Positions 8,920 through 20,316 are shown, counted from the stretch's first letter. The stretch: DNA of 64,000 nt from an uncultured Burkholderiales bacterium (GCA_964504875.1 CAZDFJ010000001.1:43863-107862), one strand, 5' to 3'. Made by a program: numbers and translations. Notes: generated by a model not told the origin, from the letters alone.

Positions 8920-9921
8920 ATGCAAATTGATATTAAAACGACGGCGATTGAACCGTTACGTCAAACGTTTACCCACGTTGAAGCCCGTATTGGTCCCAAT
9001 AAAGCGGCTTCTCGTTACCAAGAAGCGACTTTTGACATTCAACCTGTTACAAATTTTCACTATCTCCCACTTTGGGATCAAGAATACGAATTGTATGACA
9101 CGCGCCGTACAGCTGTCAAAATGAAAGACTGGTATGCTTTTAAAGATCCTCGTCAATACTACTACGGTACATATACGATTGCCCGCGCAAAAATGCAAGA
9201 TAGTGCAGAGAAAAGCTTTGAATTTGCAGAAAAACGCGATTTATTAGCTAAATTTCCTGAAGAAGTCAAAGCCAAATTACGCGCGGTTTTATTGCCATTA
9301 CGTCATGTTGAATGGGGCGGCAATATGAACAATTGTTATGCTACCGATTTTGGCTATGGCACGGCGGTAACACAATGTGCGATGTTCTGTGCGATGGATC
9401 GTCTAGGGATTGCGCAATATCTCAGTCGAATTGGCTTATTGTTAGATAGCAATAATCCAGAAACGCTGACAAATGCTAAACAAGCTTGGTTGGAAGGCAA
9501 TATTTGGCACGAAGTTCGCCATTATGTTGAGGACATTTTCGTCACCAAAGATTGGTTTGAAGTCTTAATTGCGCAAAATATTGCGTTAGATGGCTTGATT
9601 TATCCTTTAATTTATCGTGAGCTGGATGCGGCCTTAAGCGAAAAAACAGGCAATGCGTTGTCTATTTTGACAGAATTTATGACCACTTGGTATGCAGAAC
9701 AAGTCCGTTGGATGGATGCTTTAGTGAAAGTGACGGCGGCCGAATCAGCTGAAAACAAAGCCCTGCTGACAGAATGGTATACCAAATGGACAAATCGAGC
9801 AGCGGATGTGTTATTACCTTTGGCCCAAGAAGCCCTCGGTGAAGAAACAGGAACTGCCACTTTAGAGAAAGTCCGTGCCGAACTCGATGCCCGCATGAAA
9901 AAACAAGGCTTAGCTGTTTAA
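8920..9921 (+). CDS. dmpL: phenol hydroxylase beta subunit (P1)
   Basis: 333 aa. Size, position and sequence fit the beta subunit of a soluble diiron monooxygenase (…FHYLPLWD…DWYAFKDPRQYYY…). Confidence 0.9.
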   Translation: MQIDIKTTAIEPLRQTFTHVEARIGPNKAASRYQEATFDIQPVTNFHYLPLWDQEYELYDTRRTAVKMKDWYAFKDPRQYYYGTYTIARAKMQDSAEKSFEFAEKRDLLAKFPEEVKAKLRAVLLPLRHVEWGGNMNNCYATDFGYGTAVTQCAMFCAMDRLGIAQYLSRIGLLLDSNNPETLTNAKQAWLEGNIWHEVRHYVEDIFVTKDWFEVLIAQNIALDGLIYPLIYRELDAALSEKTGNALSILTEFMTTWYAEQVRWMDALVKVTAAESAENKALLTEWYTKWTNRAADVLLPLAQEALGEETGTATLEKVRAELDARMKKQGLAV

Positions 9922-9966
9922 CGCTAATTGACATCATCAAAACAAAATAATAGAGGAGTTCCCTTC

Positions 9967-10239
9967 GTGGCTTCTAACGTTTATCTCGCACTTCAAGCCA
10001 ATGATGAAAGCCGTCCCATTATTGAGGCGGTTCAAGAAGATAATCCCCATGCAGAAATAGAAGTTTTTCCTGCAATGGTCAAAATTAATGCCCCCGGCAA
10101 ACTCGTGGTTCGTCGTGAAACTGTTGAAGAAAAATTAGGGCGGGAGTGGGACGTCCGCGAATTGAATGTCAATATGATTTCAATTTCTGGCAATGTCGAC
10201 GAAACCGAAGACGAGTTCATCCTCGAATGGAAAAACTAA
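9967..10239 (+). CDS. dmpM: phenol hydroxylase regulatory/effector protein (P2, MmoB/DmpM family)
   Basis: GTG 9967 is preceded by GAGGAG and gives 90 aa, the size I recall for DmpM. The TTG at 9928 in the track lacks an RBS. Confidence 0.85.
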   Translation: MASNVYLALQANDESRPIIEAVQEDNPHAEIEVFPAMVKINAPGKLVVRRETVEEKLGREWDVRELNVNMISISGNVDETEDEFILEWKN

Positions 10240-10271
10240 GTCTTAATACTAAATAACCAGAGGTCTGCAAG

Positions 10272-11789
10272 ATGGAAGCAAAAAAACGTTTAAGCTTGAA
10301 AGAAAAATACACGATGATGACGCGTGATTTGGGCTGGGATACCACATTTCACTCTATGGACGAAGTTTATCCTTATGATAAATTCGAAGGCATCAAAATT
10401 CATGATTGGACTAAATGGGAAGATCCTTTCCGTTTGACCATGGATGCTTACTGGAAATATCAAGCCGAAAAAGAACGCAAACTTTATGCCATTATTGATG
10501 CGTTTGCACAAAACAATGGGCAACTTAACGTTGCCGATGCCCGCTATATTAATACATTAAAATTGTTCTTAACAGGAATTTCTCCTGCTGAATATTCTGC
10601 GCATCGGGGTTTTGCGCATGTTGGCCGTCATTTCCGTGGTGTTGGCGCAGCTGTCGCCTGCCAAATGCAAGCATTAGACGAATTACGTCACGTGCAAACC
10701 CAAACACACACAATCAGCCATTACAATAAATATTTCAATGGCATGCAAGATTTCCGTCATATGCATGATCGCGTTTGGTATCTCTCTGTCCCCAAATCTT
10801 TCTTTGATGATGCTATGACAGCGGGCCCGTTCGAGTTTCTTACCGCAATTAGTTTTTCTTTTGAATATGTTTTAACTAACTTGTTGTTCATGCCGTTTAT
10901 GTCTGGCGCGGCCTTTAATGGTGACATGGCGACTGTGACATTTGGTTTCTCTGCCCAATCTGATGAAGCTCGTCACATGACACTGGGTTTAGAAGTCATT
11001 AAATTTATGTTAGAACAAGATCCTGACAATATTCCTATTGTGCAACGTTGGATTGACAAATGGTTCTGGCGTGGAACGCGTCTCTTGACCTTAGTCGCGA
11101 TGATGATGGACTACATGTTGCCAAAACGTGTGATGTCTTGGAAAGAAGCGTGGGAAATTTATTTTGAACAAAATGGGGGCGCATTGTTTAACGATTTGGC
11201 ACGTTATGGCATTCGCACACCGAAATATGTCGATTGGGCTACCGCTGATAAAGAACATATTTCTCATCAAGCATGGGCAACATTCTATCAATATGGCGCG
11301 GCCGCAGCCTTCCATACATGGGTGCCCACTGATGAAGAATTAGACTGGTTGTCTGCAAAATATCCCAATACTTTTGATAAATATTATCGTCCACGTTGGG
11401 AACATTGGCGCGAATTAGAAGCAAAAGGCGAACGTTTCTACAACAAATCTTTGCCTATGTTGTGTACAACTTGCCAAATTCCAATGTTGTTCACAGAGCC
11501 TGACGATCCAACTCAATTGGCTTATCGTGAGGCAACCTACCATGGTGATAAATACCATTTCTGCTCTGACGGGTGCCATGATATTTTTGTCAATGAACCT
11601 GAAAAATATATTCATTCTTGGTTGCCTGTCCACCAAATTTATCAAGGCAATTGTGGTGGCGCCACGCTTGAAGATGTTTTGAAATGGTACCACATTGAAT
11701 TTGGTCGTGAAAACTTAGACTTTAACGGTTCACCTGATCAAGCTAACTGGAATAAATGGAAAGGCGGCGATCAAGAAAAAGCAGCGTAA
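10272..11789 (+). CDS. dmpN: phenol hydroxylase alpha (catalytic diiron) subunit (P3)
   Basis: 505 aa with two diiron E…EXXH motifs (LDELRH and SDEARH) and a C-terminal Cys-rich YHS-like tail (CTTCQ…HFCSDGC). Confidence 0.95.
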   Translation: MEAKKRLSLKEKYTMMTRDLGWDTTFHSMDEVYPYDKFEGIKIHDWTKWEDPFRLTMDAYWKYQAEKERKLYAIIDAFAQNNGQLNVADARYINTLKLFLTGISPAEYSAHRGFAHVGRHFRGVGAAVACQMQALDELRHVQTQTHTISHYNKYFNGMQDFRHMHDRVWYLSVPKSFFDDAMTAGPFEFLTAISFSFEYVLTNLLFMPFMSGAAFNGDMATVTFGFSAQSDEARHMTLGLEVIKFMLEQDPDNIPIVQRWIDKWFWRGTRLLTLVAMMMDYMLPKRVMSWKEAWEIYFEQNGGALFNDLARYGIRTPKYVDWATADKEHISHQAWATFYQYGAAAAFHTWVPTDEELDWLSAKYPNTFDKYYRPRWEHWRELEAKGERFYNKSLPMLCTTCQIPMLFTEPDDPTQLAYREATYHGDKYHFCSDGCHDIFVNEPEKYIHSWLPVHQIYQGNCGGATLEDVLKWYHIEFGRENLDFNGSPDQANWNKWKGGDQEKAA

Positions 11790-11883
11790 TTATTGCTGTT
11801 CCACGCCTCTCTACAAAAAGAGGCGTGATGTCCCCACAAAAAGTCTTTAATTTTTTAAGAAAGTGTTGTTTGGAGTTAAAAAC

Positions 11884-12246
11884 ATGGCAACTGTAGCAAT
11901 TCGCCCAGATTATACTGGAGAAATGAAAGACCGTGTCGAGAATTTTCACGGCAATCAATTGTTCTATATTGGCTGGGATAAACACTTAATGTTTTGCGCC
12001 CCTTTAGCATTTCCTTTGCCCCCTTCTATGCCATTCAAAGCGATGGTCGAGCAAATTTTACCAGCCGGTTTTGGCGTTCATCCTGATTTTGCCAAAATTG
12101 ATTGGAATCAAGTCACTTGGTTGAGTTCTGGCCAGCCTTTTACACCTGACTTTGAAAAAAGCTTAGCAGAAAATGGTTTAGGCCATAAAGCAGTCCTTCG
12201 CTTTCAAACACCTGGATTAAATGGCATCAAAGGATCTTGCAGTTAA
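11884..12246 (+). CDS. dmpO: phenol hydroxylase gamma subunit (P4)
   Basis: ATG 11884 (MATVAIRPDYTGE…) follows GGAG and gives 120 aa, close to the size I recall for DmpO. Position in the operon fits. Confidence 0.85.
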   Translation: MATVAIRPDYTGEMKDRVENFHGNQLFYIGWDKHLMFCAPLAFPLPPSMPFKAMVEQILPAGFGVHPDFAKIDWNQVTWLSSGQPFTPDFEKSLAENGLGHKAVLRFQTPGLNGIKGSCS

Positions 12247-12338
12247 TTTTTCGAAATGTTTTTTTGTAAGTGGTTCTCAAATCGTATAATTTAACTGCTT
12301 GTTTTTATTATTAACTTTAAGTTAAAAAGGTTAAGTCA

Positions 12339-13415
12339 GTGAGCTATCAAGTGACAATTGAACCTCTTGGCGAGGTCGTCGAAATTGAAGAAGGTCAAAA
12401 TATTTTAGATGCGTGCTTGCGTGCGGGCATTTGGTTGCCTCATGCCTGCTGTCATGGTTTATGCGCCACATGTAAAGTGCAAGTACTGGAAGGTGATATT
12501 GATCATGGTCCCGCCTCTCCCTTTGCGTTAATGGATTTTGAACGTGAAGAAGGAAAATGTCTTGCCTGCTGTGCGATGCCAGAGTCAGATATTGTCATCG
12601 AAGCGGATATTGATGAAGAACCAGATGCCCGCCGTATTCCCTTACAAGATTTTAACGGAAAAATTGTCAAAATTGAAAACTTGACGCCCACAATCAAAGG
12701 CATCTTTATCGAATTAGAAGATGACACAGGCATGGATTTTCAAGCGGGACAATACGTCAATGTGCATTTGCCGATGGGGGACGAAGTTTTAACGCGGGCG
12801 TTTTCACTCAGCAATGCCCCCCACGAACGCATTTTGGAATTGAATGTGCGGCTAGTACCGGGCGGACGGGGAACCACTTATTTACATGAAAGCTTACAAG
12901 AAGGCGATGACTTAACTATTTCAGGGCCATTTGGACGATTTTTTGTACGGAAATCTCAGCCAGAGAACTTATTATTCTTGGCAGGCGGCTCTGGATTATC
13001 TAGTCCAAAATCGATGATTTTAGACTTACTTGAAGCAGATAAGGATCCGCGACACATCACATTGGTGTATGGTGCGCGCACGCGGAAAGAATTATATTAT
13101 CATGATTTATTCACAAAATTAGCAGAAGAACACACTAACTTTACTTATGTTCCCGCGCTTTCAGAAGCCCCTGCTGAAGGGGATCATTGGGAAGGAAAAT
13201 GTGGTTTTGTGCATGAAGTCGCCAAGGCCCATTTTGATAACGATTTCCGCGGCAATAAAGCGTATTTATGTGGTCCGCCTGTCATGATTGATGCGTGCAT
13301 TACCACACTCATGCAAGGACGTTTGTTTGAGCGGGATATCTATACAGAAAAATTTATTTCAGCAGCAGATGCCGCGCAAGCCGCGACGCGTAGTCCTTTG
13401 TTTAGAAAGATTTAA
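12339..13415 (+). CDS. dmpP: phenol hydroxylase reductase (P5; 2Fe-2S ferredoxin + FAD/NAD(P)H oxidoreductase)
   Basis: 358 aa, GTG start. Plant-type ferredoxin Cys cluster CCHGLCATC…C, an FNR-like RAFS FAD motif and GGSGLSSP NAD-binding motif. Confidence 0.95.
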   Translation: MSYQVTIEPLGEVVEIEEGQNILDACLRAGIWLPHACCHGLCATCKVQVLEGDIDHGPASPFALMDFEREEGKCLACCAMPESDIVIEADIDEEPDARRIPLQDFNGKIVKIENLTPTIKGIFIELEDDTGMDFQAGQYVNVHLPMGDEVLTRAFSLSNAPHERILELNVRLVPGGRGTTYLHESLQEGDDLTISGPFGRFFVRKSQPENLLFLAGGSGLSSPKSMILDLLEADKDPRHITLVYGARTRKELYYHDLFTKLAEEHTNFTYVPALSEAPAEGDHWEGKCGFVHEVAKAHFDNDFRGNKAYLCGPPVMIDACITTLMQGRLFERDIYTEKFISAADAAQAATRSPLFRKI

Positions 13416-13692
13416 TCTCGTCAATTGACGGGAAAGAGCACAGTAAAGAAGCACGAAGAATGCCATTTATTATTAACTTTTGGTTAAAAGTGTCTTCCTA
13501 TTAGACATCTTGTTTTATGACTTAAAATAACGTTTAATATTTGGATTCTTTGATTAAATATAAAAGTCTCTTAAAAGAATAATTTTTGTATTTCTCTGCT
13601 GTGTTTTCTGAATTTTACGAAAAATGGGTTATTTTAGCAAAAAGCTAAAAAACTATGGCGAAAAAATCCTGAGGAGAAGAGGAGAACACACC

Positions 13693-14052
13693 TTGAGTTA
13701 TACCATCATTATTGAAGAGACAAACGAAACTTTTGTCTGTCAAGAAAATGAAAATTTGCTGAGAGGCATGGAACGTTTGGGTAAAGTTGGTATTCCCGTC
13801 GGGTGTCGTGGTGGCGGTTGTGGCGTGTGTAAAGTACAAATTACACACGGCGATTATTCCACTCATACAATGAGTCTTGAACATGTCAGCAAGAAAGAAC
13901 AACAAGATCGTATTGCTTTGGCATGTAAGGTAATTCCACAAGGTCACTTAAAAATAAAAGTAATCGGATTAATGAAAAAAAATGTCTGTCGATCCAAGCC
14001 AGAAGCATCAGGCTGGTTGGACAAAATGCGTCAATTAATGGCATCAACCTAA
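13693..14052 (+). CDS. dmpQ: plant-type [2Fe-2S] ferredoxin (XylT/DmpQ type, catechol dioxygenase reactivation)
   Basis: Carries GCRGGGCGVCKV…ALACK. TTG 13693 preceded by GGAGAA gives 119 aa. The ATG at 13624 in the track would add a basic N-terminal extension that I do not expect in this family. Confidence 0.8.
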   Translation: MSYTIIIEETNETFVCQENENLLRGMERLGKVGIPVGCRGGGCGVCKVQITHGDYSTHTMSLEHVSKKEQQDRIALACKVIPQGHLKIKVIGLMKKNVCRSKPEASGWLDKMRQLMAST

Positions 14053-14198
14053 TGTCAAAGATTGACGCAAACAAACAACAAAAGAGTGCAGTAAAATCAA
14101 CACGTTACTAGGAAGATTTATCATTTAGATAATATCAGCTAAATGATTATAATTAAACAAATTTAATAATTTAATTAAAGAGAAACGAGGAGGAGTGT

Positions 14199-15119
14199 AT
14201 GTCACTTCGTGGTGTATTACGTCCAGGACATGTATGTATTCGTGTATTAGACATGGATGCGTCCTTGCATCATTATCGTGATGTCTTAGGCTTGATTGAA
14301 ACAGATCGTGACGACCAAGGCCGTGTCTACTTAAAAGGATGGGATGAGCATGATCATTCCAGCGTGATCTTACGCCAAGCAGACAAAGCGGGCATGGATT
14401 TCATGGGCTTTAAAGTAGATAGCAAAGAATCCTTAGAACGTCTTGAAAAACGCTTGCAAGAATATGGCTTAACAACCGAACGCATTCCTGCAGGTGAATT
14501 AAAAGCGACGGGCGAACGCGTTCGTTTTGTGATTCCAACCGGACACCAGATCGAATTGTTTGCAGAAAAAGAAATTGTCGGAAATGGTATGCCTTATGTT
14601 AATCCGGACGCATGGCCAGATGGCATCGTCGGGATGCGTGCAACCCGTTTTGACCATTGCTTACTTTATGGTCCAGATATTGAAGGCAGCGTAAAAGTCT
14701 TTACTGACGTTTTAGATTTTGACATTACAGAACAAGTCACGGTCAATGACGAAAAAATCGGTTTATTCGTCACTTGCAGTAATAAAGCACATGATTTAGC
14801 ATTTATTAAACATCCTGATCCAGATAAATTACATCATGTTTCTTTCTATTTAGAAACATGGGAAGATGTCTTGCGCGCCGCTGATATTATCTCCAAAGAA
14901 GACATTTCTTTAGATATCGGGCCAACCCGCCATGGGATCACACGTGGCGCGACCATTTATTTCTTTGATCCATCAGGCAACCGAAATGAAGTCTTTAGCG
15001 GGGGGTATATTTGGTATCCAGATAAACCCGTCTTAACATGGAATCAAGATCAATTAGGAAAAGCGATTTTCTATCATGATCGCAAACTGAACGATCGTTT
15101 CTTGACTGTTGTGACCTAA
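14199..15119 (+). CDS. dmpB: catechol 2,3-dioxygenase (extradiol, type I)
   Basis: 306 aa. Starts [20 protein letters not shown]…; the remainder has XylE/DmpB family size and sequence (HDLAF…HHVSF…, [10 protein letters not shown]). Confidence 0.95.
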   Translation: MSLRGVLRPGHVCIRVLDMDASLHHYRDVLGLIETDRDDQGRVYLKGWDEHDHSSVILRQADKAGMDFMGFKVDSKESLERLEKRLQEYGLTTERIPAGELKATGERVRFVIPTGHQIELFAEKEIVGNGMPYVNPDAWPDGIVGMRATRFDHCLLYGPDIEGSVKVFTDVLDFDITEQVTVNDEKIGLFVTCSNKAHDLAFIKHPDPDKLHHVSFYLETWEDVLRAADIISKEDISLDIGPTRHGITRGATIYFFDPSGNRNEVFSGGYIWYPDKPVLTWNQDQLGKAIFYHDRKLNDRFLTVVT

Positions 15120-15303
15120 TCAACAGCCCAAATTATCTGTATTTTAAGATGATTTGAATTCTAAATCTTCCTCCCGCTGGCTATGGCAATATGATGGCTG
15201 GCGGGCTAAGGAAAATCTTAATAAAAAGCCGTTTTTATTAGGGTTTTACTTAATAAATATTAAAAAAGCAATTTTTGCAAAAAAAATAAAAAAGAGCCAC
15301 AAA

Positions 15304-15741
15304 ATGTCTAATGCAAGTGTTTCTCAAAAAAATATTCATGTTCATGCCGCCAATCAAGCAGTACAAGCTGCTGTGGCGGAAGCAGAAAAACTAAAGATTA
15401 AGATTAATGCTTCTGTGGTGGATGCGAGCGGCGTGCCTATGGCCTTTTTAAGAATGAATGGGGCAGCGTTACATTCTATTTCTATTGCAGAAGATAAAGC
15501 CTATACCGCTGCGAGTTTTGGATTCGCGACGCATGAATGGCTGAATATTTTAGATGAAGCAGAATCGCTCAAAATTGGCCTGGTCGAACGGCCGCGCTTA
15601 GTTGTTTTCGGCGGCGGCTTACCCATTATAGAAGCCAATACATGCATTGGCGGCATTGGTGTCTCAGGGGGTTCTGAAGAACAAGATATTATTTGCGCGC
15701 AGGCGGGCTTACGCGCAATTGGCTTACTGACAGAATCATAA
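15304..15741 (+). CDS. GlcG/HbpS-like (DUF336) haem-binding protein
   Basis: ATG 15304 gives 145 aa. Carries the DUF336 pattern …VVDASGVPMAFLRMNGA…SIAEDKAYTAA…GGLPI…GGIGVSGGSEEQD. The 5' extension in the ORF track is low-complexity and unlikely to be translated. Confidence 0.7.
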   Translation: MSNASVSQKNIHVHAANQAVQAAVAEAEKLKIKINASVVDASGVPMAFLRMNGAALHSISIAEDKAYTAASFGFATHEWLNILDEAESLKIGLVERPRLVVFGGGLPIIEANTCIGGIGVSGGSEEQDIICAQAGLRAIGLLTES

Positions 15742-15970
15742 AAAGTTTTAGTATGTGTCTATTTTCGGTGATGTTGGGTTAGTAAAGAAGTTGTTGCTGT
15801 GCTTTTGCTTGTTCAAAGCGCTCTTGCCGTCAATGGGGATCTTGTTCTCCTGTCTGTGGTCTCCTTGGCGGATTTTTTTAGCCTCATTATGTGAAAAAGA
15901 CTATAATAGAAAAATTTTAGACTGTTTTTTAATCGCAAGATACACGATAAATAAATTAGGATGACTCAAT

Positions 15971-17416
15971 ATGAAAGAAGTCAAGCATTTTATTAATGGC
16001 GAGTACGTTGGTTCTGAAAATACTTACGAAAATATTAATCCTGCAACAGCTGAAGTGATTTCAAAAGTTCATATTGCAACCGTTGATCAAGTCAATGACG
16101 CAGTTAAAGCAGCAAACGAGGCGTTCAAAATTTGGGGGAAAATGCCTCAAGCAGAACGCAGCAAAATTTTAATGCGTGTGGCTGAAGGAATTAACAAACG
16201 TTTTGATGATTTTTTACAAGCCGAAGTGGCAGATACAGGTAAACCAGCAAGTTTAGCTTCTCATTTAGATATTCCACGCGGATCAGCAAACTTTGTTCAA
16301 TTTGCAGAACATTTTAAATATATTGCAACAGAATGCTGGGAAATGCCAGAAGCGTTAAATTACGCTGTGCGTCGCCCTGTTGGTGTGGTTGCGGTGATTT
16401 CACCATGGAATTTGCCTTTATTACTTATGACATGGAAAGTGGCGCCCGCGCTCGCTTCAGGTAACTGCGTTATTGTGAAACCATCTCGTGAAACCCCAAC
16501 AACTGCGTCTTTACTCGGTGAAATCATGAATGAAGCGGGCGTGCCCAAAGGGGTCTATAACGTCGTTCAAGGACATGGTTCAGTAATTGGCGCGGCATTA
16601 AGCAAACACAAAGATGTCCACGCTTTAACATTCACTGGTGAAACCACAACTGGCCAAAGTATTATGGCCGATTGCGCCCAAACGTTGAAAAAGCTTTCTT
16701 TCGAATTAGGGGGCAAAAACCCATGTGTTGTCTTTGATGACGCAGATTTAGAAGAAGCCACAACAGGCATTTTACGCTCTTCTTTTGCGAACCAAGGTCA
16801 AGTTTGTTTAGCTGGGTCTCGTATTTATGTTCAAGACACTGTTTATGACAAATTTGTTTCTATGATTGTTGAAAAAGCGAAAAACCAAGTCAAAATTGGC
16901 GATCCACTGGATCCAGACACAACAATGGGATCGTTAGTTTCTCATGGCCATCGTGATCGTGTTGAAAGCTATATTCAATCTGCCATTGAAGAAGGCGGCA
17001 AAATTGAAATTGGGGGCAAACGTCCTGATCCAGAAAGCTTACCAGAACGCGTCCGGAAAGGGGCTTTCTTAGAACCAACAATTATTACAGGCGTGACTGA
17101 AGAAGCGAAATGTCAATGTGAAGAAATCTTCGGACCTGTTGTCACAATCAGTCGTTTCTCCACAGAAGAAGAAATTATTGCAAAAGCCAATAATACAGAA
17201 TATGGCTTATCCGCCTCTCTTTGGACAACCAATGTCCGCCGTGCCCACCGTATTTCTGAAGCCATTGAAGCGGGCGTAATTTGGGTAAATACATGGTTCC
17301 TTCGTGATTTAAGAACACCATTTGGTGGCATGAAAGGTTCAGGGATTGGTCGTGAAGGTGGAATTTATTCTCTTGATTTCTATACTGAACTCAAAAATAT
17401 CTGCATTAAACTCTAA
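15971..17416 (+). CDS. dmpC: 2-hydroxymuconic semialdehyde dehydrogenase (NAD+ aldehyde dehydrogenase)
   Basis: 481 aa. ALDH motifs FELGGKNP and the catalytic Cys in QGQVCLAGSR. Position is downstream of C23O. Confidence 0.9.
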   Translation: MKEVKHFINGEYVGSENTYENINPATAEVISKVHIATVDQVNDAVKAANEAFKIWGKMPQAERSKILMRVAEGINKRFDDFLQAEVADTGKPASLASHLDIPRGSANFVQFAEHFKYIATECWEMPEALNYAVRRPVGVVAVISPWNLPLLLMTWKVAPALASGNCVIVKPSRETPTTASLLGEIMNEAGVPKGVYNVVQGHGSVIGAALSKHKDVHALTFTGETTTGQSIMADCAQTLKKLSFELGGKNPCVVFDDADLEEATTGILRSSFANQGQVCLAGSRIYVQDTVYDKFVSMIVEKAKNQVKIGDPLDPDTTMGSLVSHGHRDRVESYIQSAIEEGGKIEIGGKRPDPESLPERVRKGAFLEPTIITGVTEEAKCQCEEIFGPVVTISRFSTEEEIIAKANNTEYGLSASLWTTNVRRAHRISEAIEAGVIWVNTWFLRDLRTPFGGMKGSGIGREGGIYSLDFYTELKNICIKL

Positions 17417-17530
17417 TTGCATAAAAAATTGCATATTATCATGACAATATAAAGGAAAGCGTCGAGGGTAATTGAGCCAGCGACGCTTCTTAGCACATCA
17501 CAACAAACTTACTCTTTTCAGGATTTTCCT

Positions 17531-18313
17531 ATGCAACAAGAAAAAATTATTGAATTAGGAAATGAACTCTACGAAGCTTTAATCAATCGTGTTCCCGTCC
17601 AGCCTTTCACAGAACGCAATTTGGGTATTACCATCGATGATGCCTATCATATTCAATTACAAATGATCAAACGCCGTATTGAAGCAGGCGAGCATATTGT
17701 GGGCAAAAAAATCGGTGTGACCAGTAAAGTTGTACAAAAAATGCTGAATGTCGATCAGCCAGATTTCGGGCATTTAACCTCTAAAATGGTCTATAACCAA
17801 GGGGAGTCTGTCCCGATTGATCAGTTTTTACAACCGCGGGCTGAAGGTGAAATTGCGTTTATTTTAAAACAAGATTTGATTGGGCCAGGTGTGACCAATG
17901 CAGATGTATTACGTGCAACTGAATGTGTCATGCCTTGTTTTGAAATCGTGGATTCTCGAATTCAAGATTGGAAAATCAAAATTCAAGATACCGTTGCAGA
18001 TAATGCTTCTTCAGGTGTGTTTGTTTTGGGTGATCGGGCAGTTGATCCACGTAAAGTAGATTTAAACTTATGCGGCATGGTGCTTGAGAAAAATGGCGAA
18101 ATCGTCGGTACCGGTGCAGGCGCAGCGGCATTAGGATCACCAGTCAACGCAGTCGCATGGTTAGCCAATACATTAGGTCGTTTAGGCTTGCCTTTAAAAG
18201 CAGGGGAAGTGATTTTATCTGGCTCTTTAGCCGCATTAATTCCTGTCAAAGTCGGTGATAATTTGACGATGACTTTAAATGGCATTGGTTCTGCCAGTGT
18301 TAAATTTATTTAA
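17531..18313 (+). CDS. dmpE: 2-oxopent-4-enoate hydratase
   Basis: 260 aa, hydratase/decarboxylase family. It is the first of two paralogues and sits before dmpFG, as in the dmp/xyl operons. The E-versus-H assignment rests on synteny. Confidence 0.8.
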   Translation: MQQEKIIELGNELYEALINRVPVQPFTERNLGITIDDAYHIQLQMIKRRIEAGEHIVGKKIGVTSKVVQKMLNVDQPDFGHLTSKMVYNQGESVPIDQFLQPRAEGEIAFILKQDLIGPGVTNADVLRATECVMPCFEIVDSRIQDWKIKIQDTVADNASSGVFVLGDRAVDPRKVDLNLCGMVLEKNGEIVGTGAGAAALGSPVNAVAWLANTLGRLGLPLKAGEVILSGSLAALIPVKVGDNLTMTLNGIGSASVKFI

Positions 18314-18362
18314 AATCACACAAAAAAAATATTAAAAAATCACAAAGGAGTCGTGTTTTATT

Positions 18363-19277
18363 ATGGCAAACAAAATCAAATGTGCCATTATTGGACCAGG
18401 TAATATTGGTACAGATTTATTGTACAAATTATTACGCAGCGAGATTTTAGAACCTGTTTGGATGGTAGGGATTGATCCTACTTCTGAAGGTTTAGAGCGT
18501 GCTGGTAAATTGGGCTTAAAAACTACACATGGTGGCGTAGACGAACTGGTCAAACATGTTGTCGAAGACAATATTCAAATTGCGTTTGATTCAACTTCTG
18601 CGTATGTCCACCCAGAAAATTCTCGCAAATTGCAAGAACTCGGTGTGCTTATGATCGATTTGACGCCGGCGGCGATAGGCCCATATTGCGTGCCGCCTGT
18701 CAATTTGAAAGATCATGTTGGACAAAAAGAAATGAATGTGAACATGGTCACGTGTGGCGGACAAGCGACGATTCCAATGGTTGCAGCAGTTAGCCGCGTG
18801 CAAGCGGTGAAATATGCTGAAATCGTTGCGACGGTTTCCTCACGTTCTGTTGGTCCTGGAACACGTAAAAATATTGATGAATTTACGCGGACGACGGCAG
18901 CAGCGGTTTCTAAAGTAGGTGGCGCAAAAGAAGGCAAAGCCATTATTATTATTAATCCTGCCGAACCCCCTTTAATCATGCGTGATACCGTGCATTGCTT
19001 AACAGAAGGCGAACCTGATCAAGCGGCGATTACTGAGTCCATTCATCAAATGGTTAAAGAAGTCCAAAAATATGTGCCGGGCTATTCCCTTAAAAACGGG
19101 CCTGTTTTTGATGGCAATCGTGTTTCTGTCTTTATGGAAGTAGAAGGCTTAGGCGATTACTTACCAAAATATGCAGGTAATTTAGATATTATGACAGCCG
19201 CCGCCGCACGGACTGGCGAAATGTTCGGGGAAGAAATTTTAAACGGTTCTTTGGTTTTAAAACCAACCGTCGCCTAA
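18363..19277 (+). CDS. dmpF: acetaldehyde dehydrogenase (acetylating)
   Basis: 304 aa. N-terminal [12 protein letters not shown] Rossmann motif and catalytic [10 protein letters not shown]. Confidence 0.95.
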   Translation: MANKIKCAIIGPGNIGTDLLYKLLRSEILEPVWMVGIDPTSEGLERAGKLGLKTTHGGVDELVKHVVEDNIQIAFDSTSAYVHPENSRKLQELGVLMIDLTPAAIGPYCVPPVNLKDHVGQKEMNVNMVTCGGQATIPMVAAVSRVQAVKYAEIVATVSSRSVGPGTRKNIDEFTRTTAAAVSKVGGAKEGKAIIIINPAEPPLIMRDTVHCLTEGEPDQAAITESIHQMVKEVQKYVPGYSLKNGPVFDGNRVSVFMEVEGLGDYLPKYAGNLDIMTAAAARTGEMFGEEILNGSLVLKPTVA

Positions 19278-19290
19278 GGGGAGAATCAGG

Positions 19291-20316
19291 ATGACAACAG
19301 TAGCAGGTAAAAAAATTAAATTACATGACATGACTTTACGAGATGGTATGCATCCAAAACGTCACCTCATGACATTAGAACAAATGGTCAGTATTTCCAC
19401 CGGTTTGGATGCCGCCGGAATTGATTTAATCGAAGTCACACATGGCGATGGCTTGGGCGGTTCTTCCGTAAACTATGGTTTTCCGCTTCATACTGATGAA
19501 GAATACTTACGGGCCGTTGTTCCAAACATGAAAAATGCCAAAATCTCTGCGTTGTTGTTACCAGGGATTGGGACCGTTGATCATTTATTAATGGCCAAAG
19601 ATTGCGGTGTCAGCACGATTCGTGTTGCAACCCATTGTACAGAAGCAGACGTTTCTGAACAGCATATTACGATGGCCCGCAAACAAGGGTTAGATACTGT
19701 TGGGTTCTTAATGATGGCTCATATGGCCACTCCAGAAAAACTCTTGGAACAAGCTTTATTAATGCAAAGTTATGGTGCAAATTGTATTTATGCCACTGAT
19801 TCTGCTGGATATCTTTTACCAGAAGATGTGAAAGCACGGATTGGCTTATTGCGTGAAAAGCTCAATGCAGAGATTGAAATCGGTTTTCATGGACATCACA
19901 ATTTAGGGATGGCGATTGCCAATTCGATCGCCGCCGTTGAAGCCGGCGCAACACGGATTGATGCTTCTGCGGCAGGGTTAGGCGCAGGGGCGGGCAATAC
20001 ACCGCTTGAGGTTTTTGTTGCCGCTTGCAAACGCATGGACATTGAAGTCAATGCAGATTTATACAAAACGATGGATGTCGCAGAAGATTTGGTTTATCCA
20101 ATTATGGATCATCCTGTTCGCATTGATCGCGATGCTTTAACCTTAGGATATGCAGGCGTTTATTCTTCATTCTTGTTATTTGCAAAACGGGCCGAAGCCA
20201 AATATGGCGTCCCTGCCCGTGATATTTTAGTCGAATTAGGACGTCGTGGCACAGTTGGTGGCCAAGAAGATATGATTGAAGATTTAGCCCTTGATATGGC
20301 CAAAGCACGCCAATAA
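19291..20316 (+). CDS. dmpG: 4-hydroxy-2-oxovalerate aldolase
   Basis: 341 aa. Carries [11 protein letters not shown], the HMGL-like TIM barrel and a DmpG communication domain. Confidence 0.95.
   Translation: MTTVAGKKIKLHDMTLRDGMHPKRHLMTLEQMVSISTGLDAAGIDLIEVTHGDGLGGSSVNYGFPLHTDEEYLRAVVPNMKNAKISALLLPGIGTVDHLLMAKDCGVSTIRVATHCTEADVSEQHITMARKQGLDTVGFLMMAHMATPEKLLEQALLMQSYGANCIYATDSAGYLLPEDVKARIGLLREKLNAEIEIGFHGHHNLGMAIANSIAAVEAGATRIDASAAGLGAGAGNTPLEVFVAACKRMDIEVNADLYKTMDVAEDLVYPIMDHPVRIDRDALTLGYAGVYSSFLLFAKRAEAKYGVPARDILVELGRRGTVGGQEDMIEDLALDMAKARQ

Noticed and set aside
15755-15964. A 69-aa ORF in the glcG-like/dmpC spacer (MSIFGDVGLVKKLLLCFCLF…).
   Set aside because: It has no RBS and a Cys/Leu/Phe-rich low-complexity product with no recognisable family. 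The region looks more like a spacer with a promoter-like TATAAT. It could still be checked by ribosome profiling.
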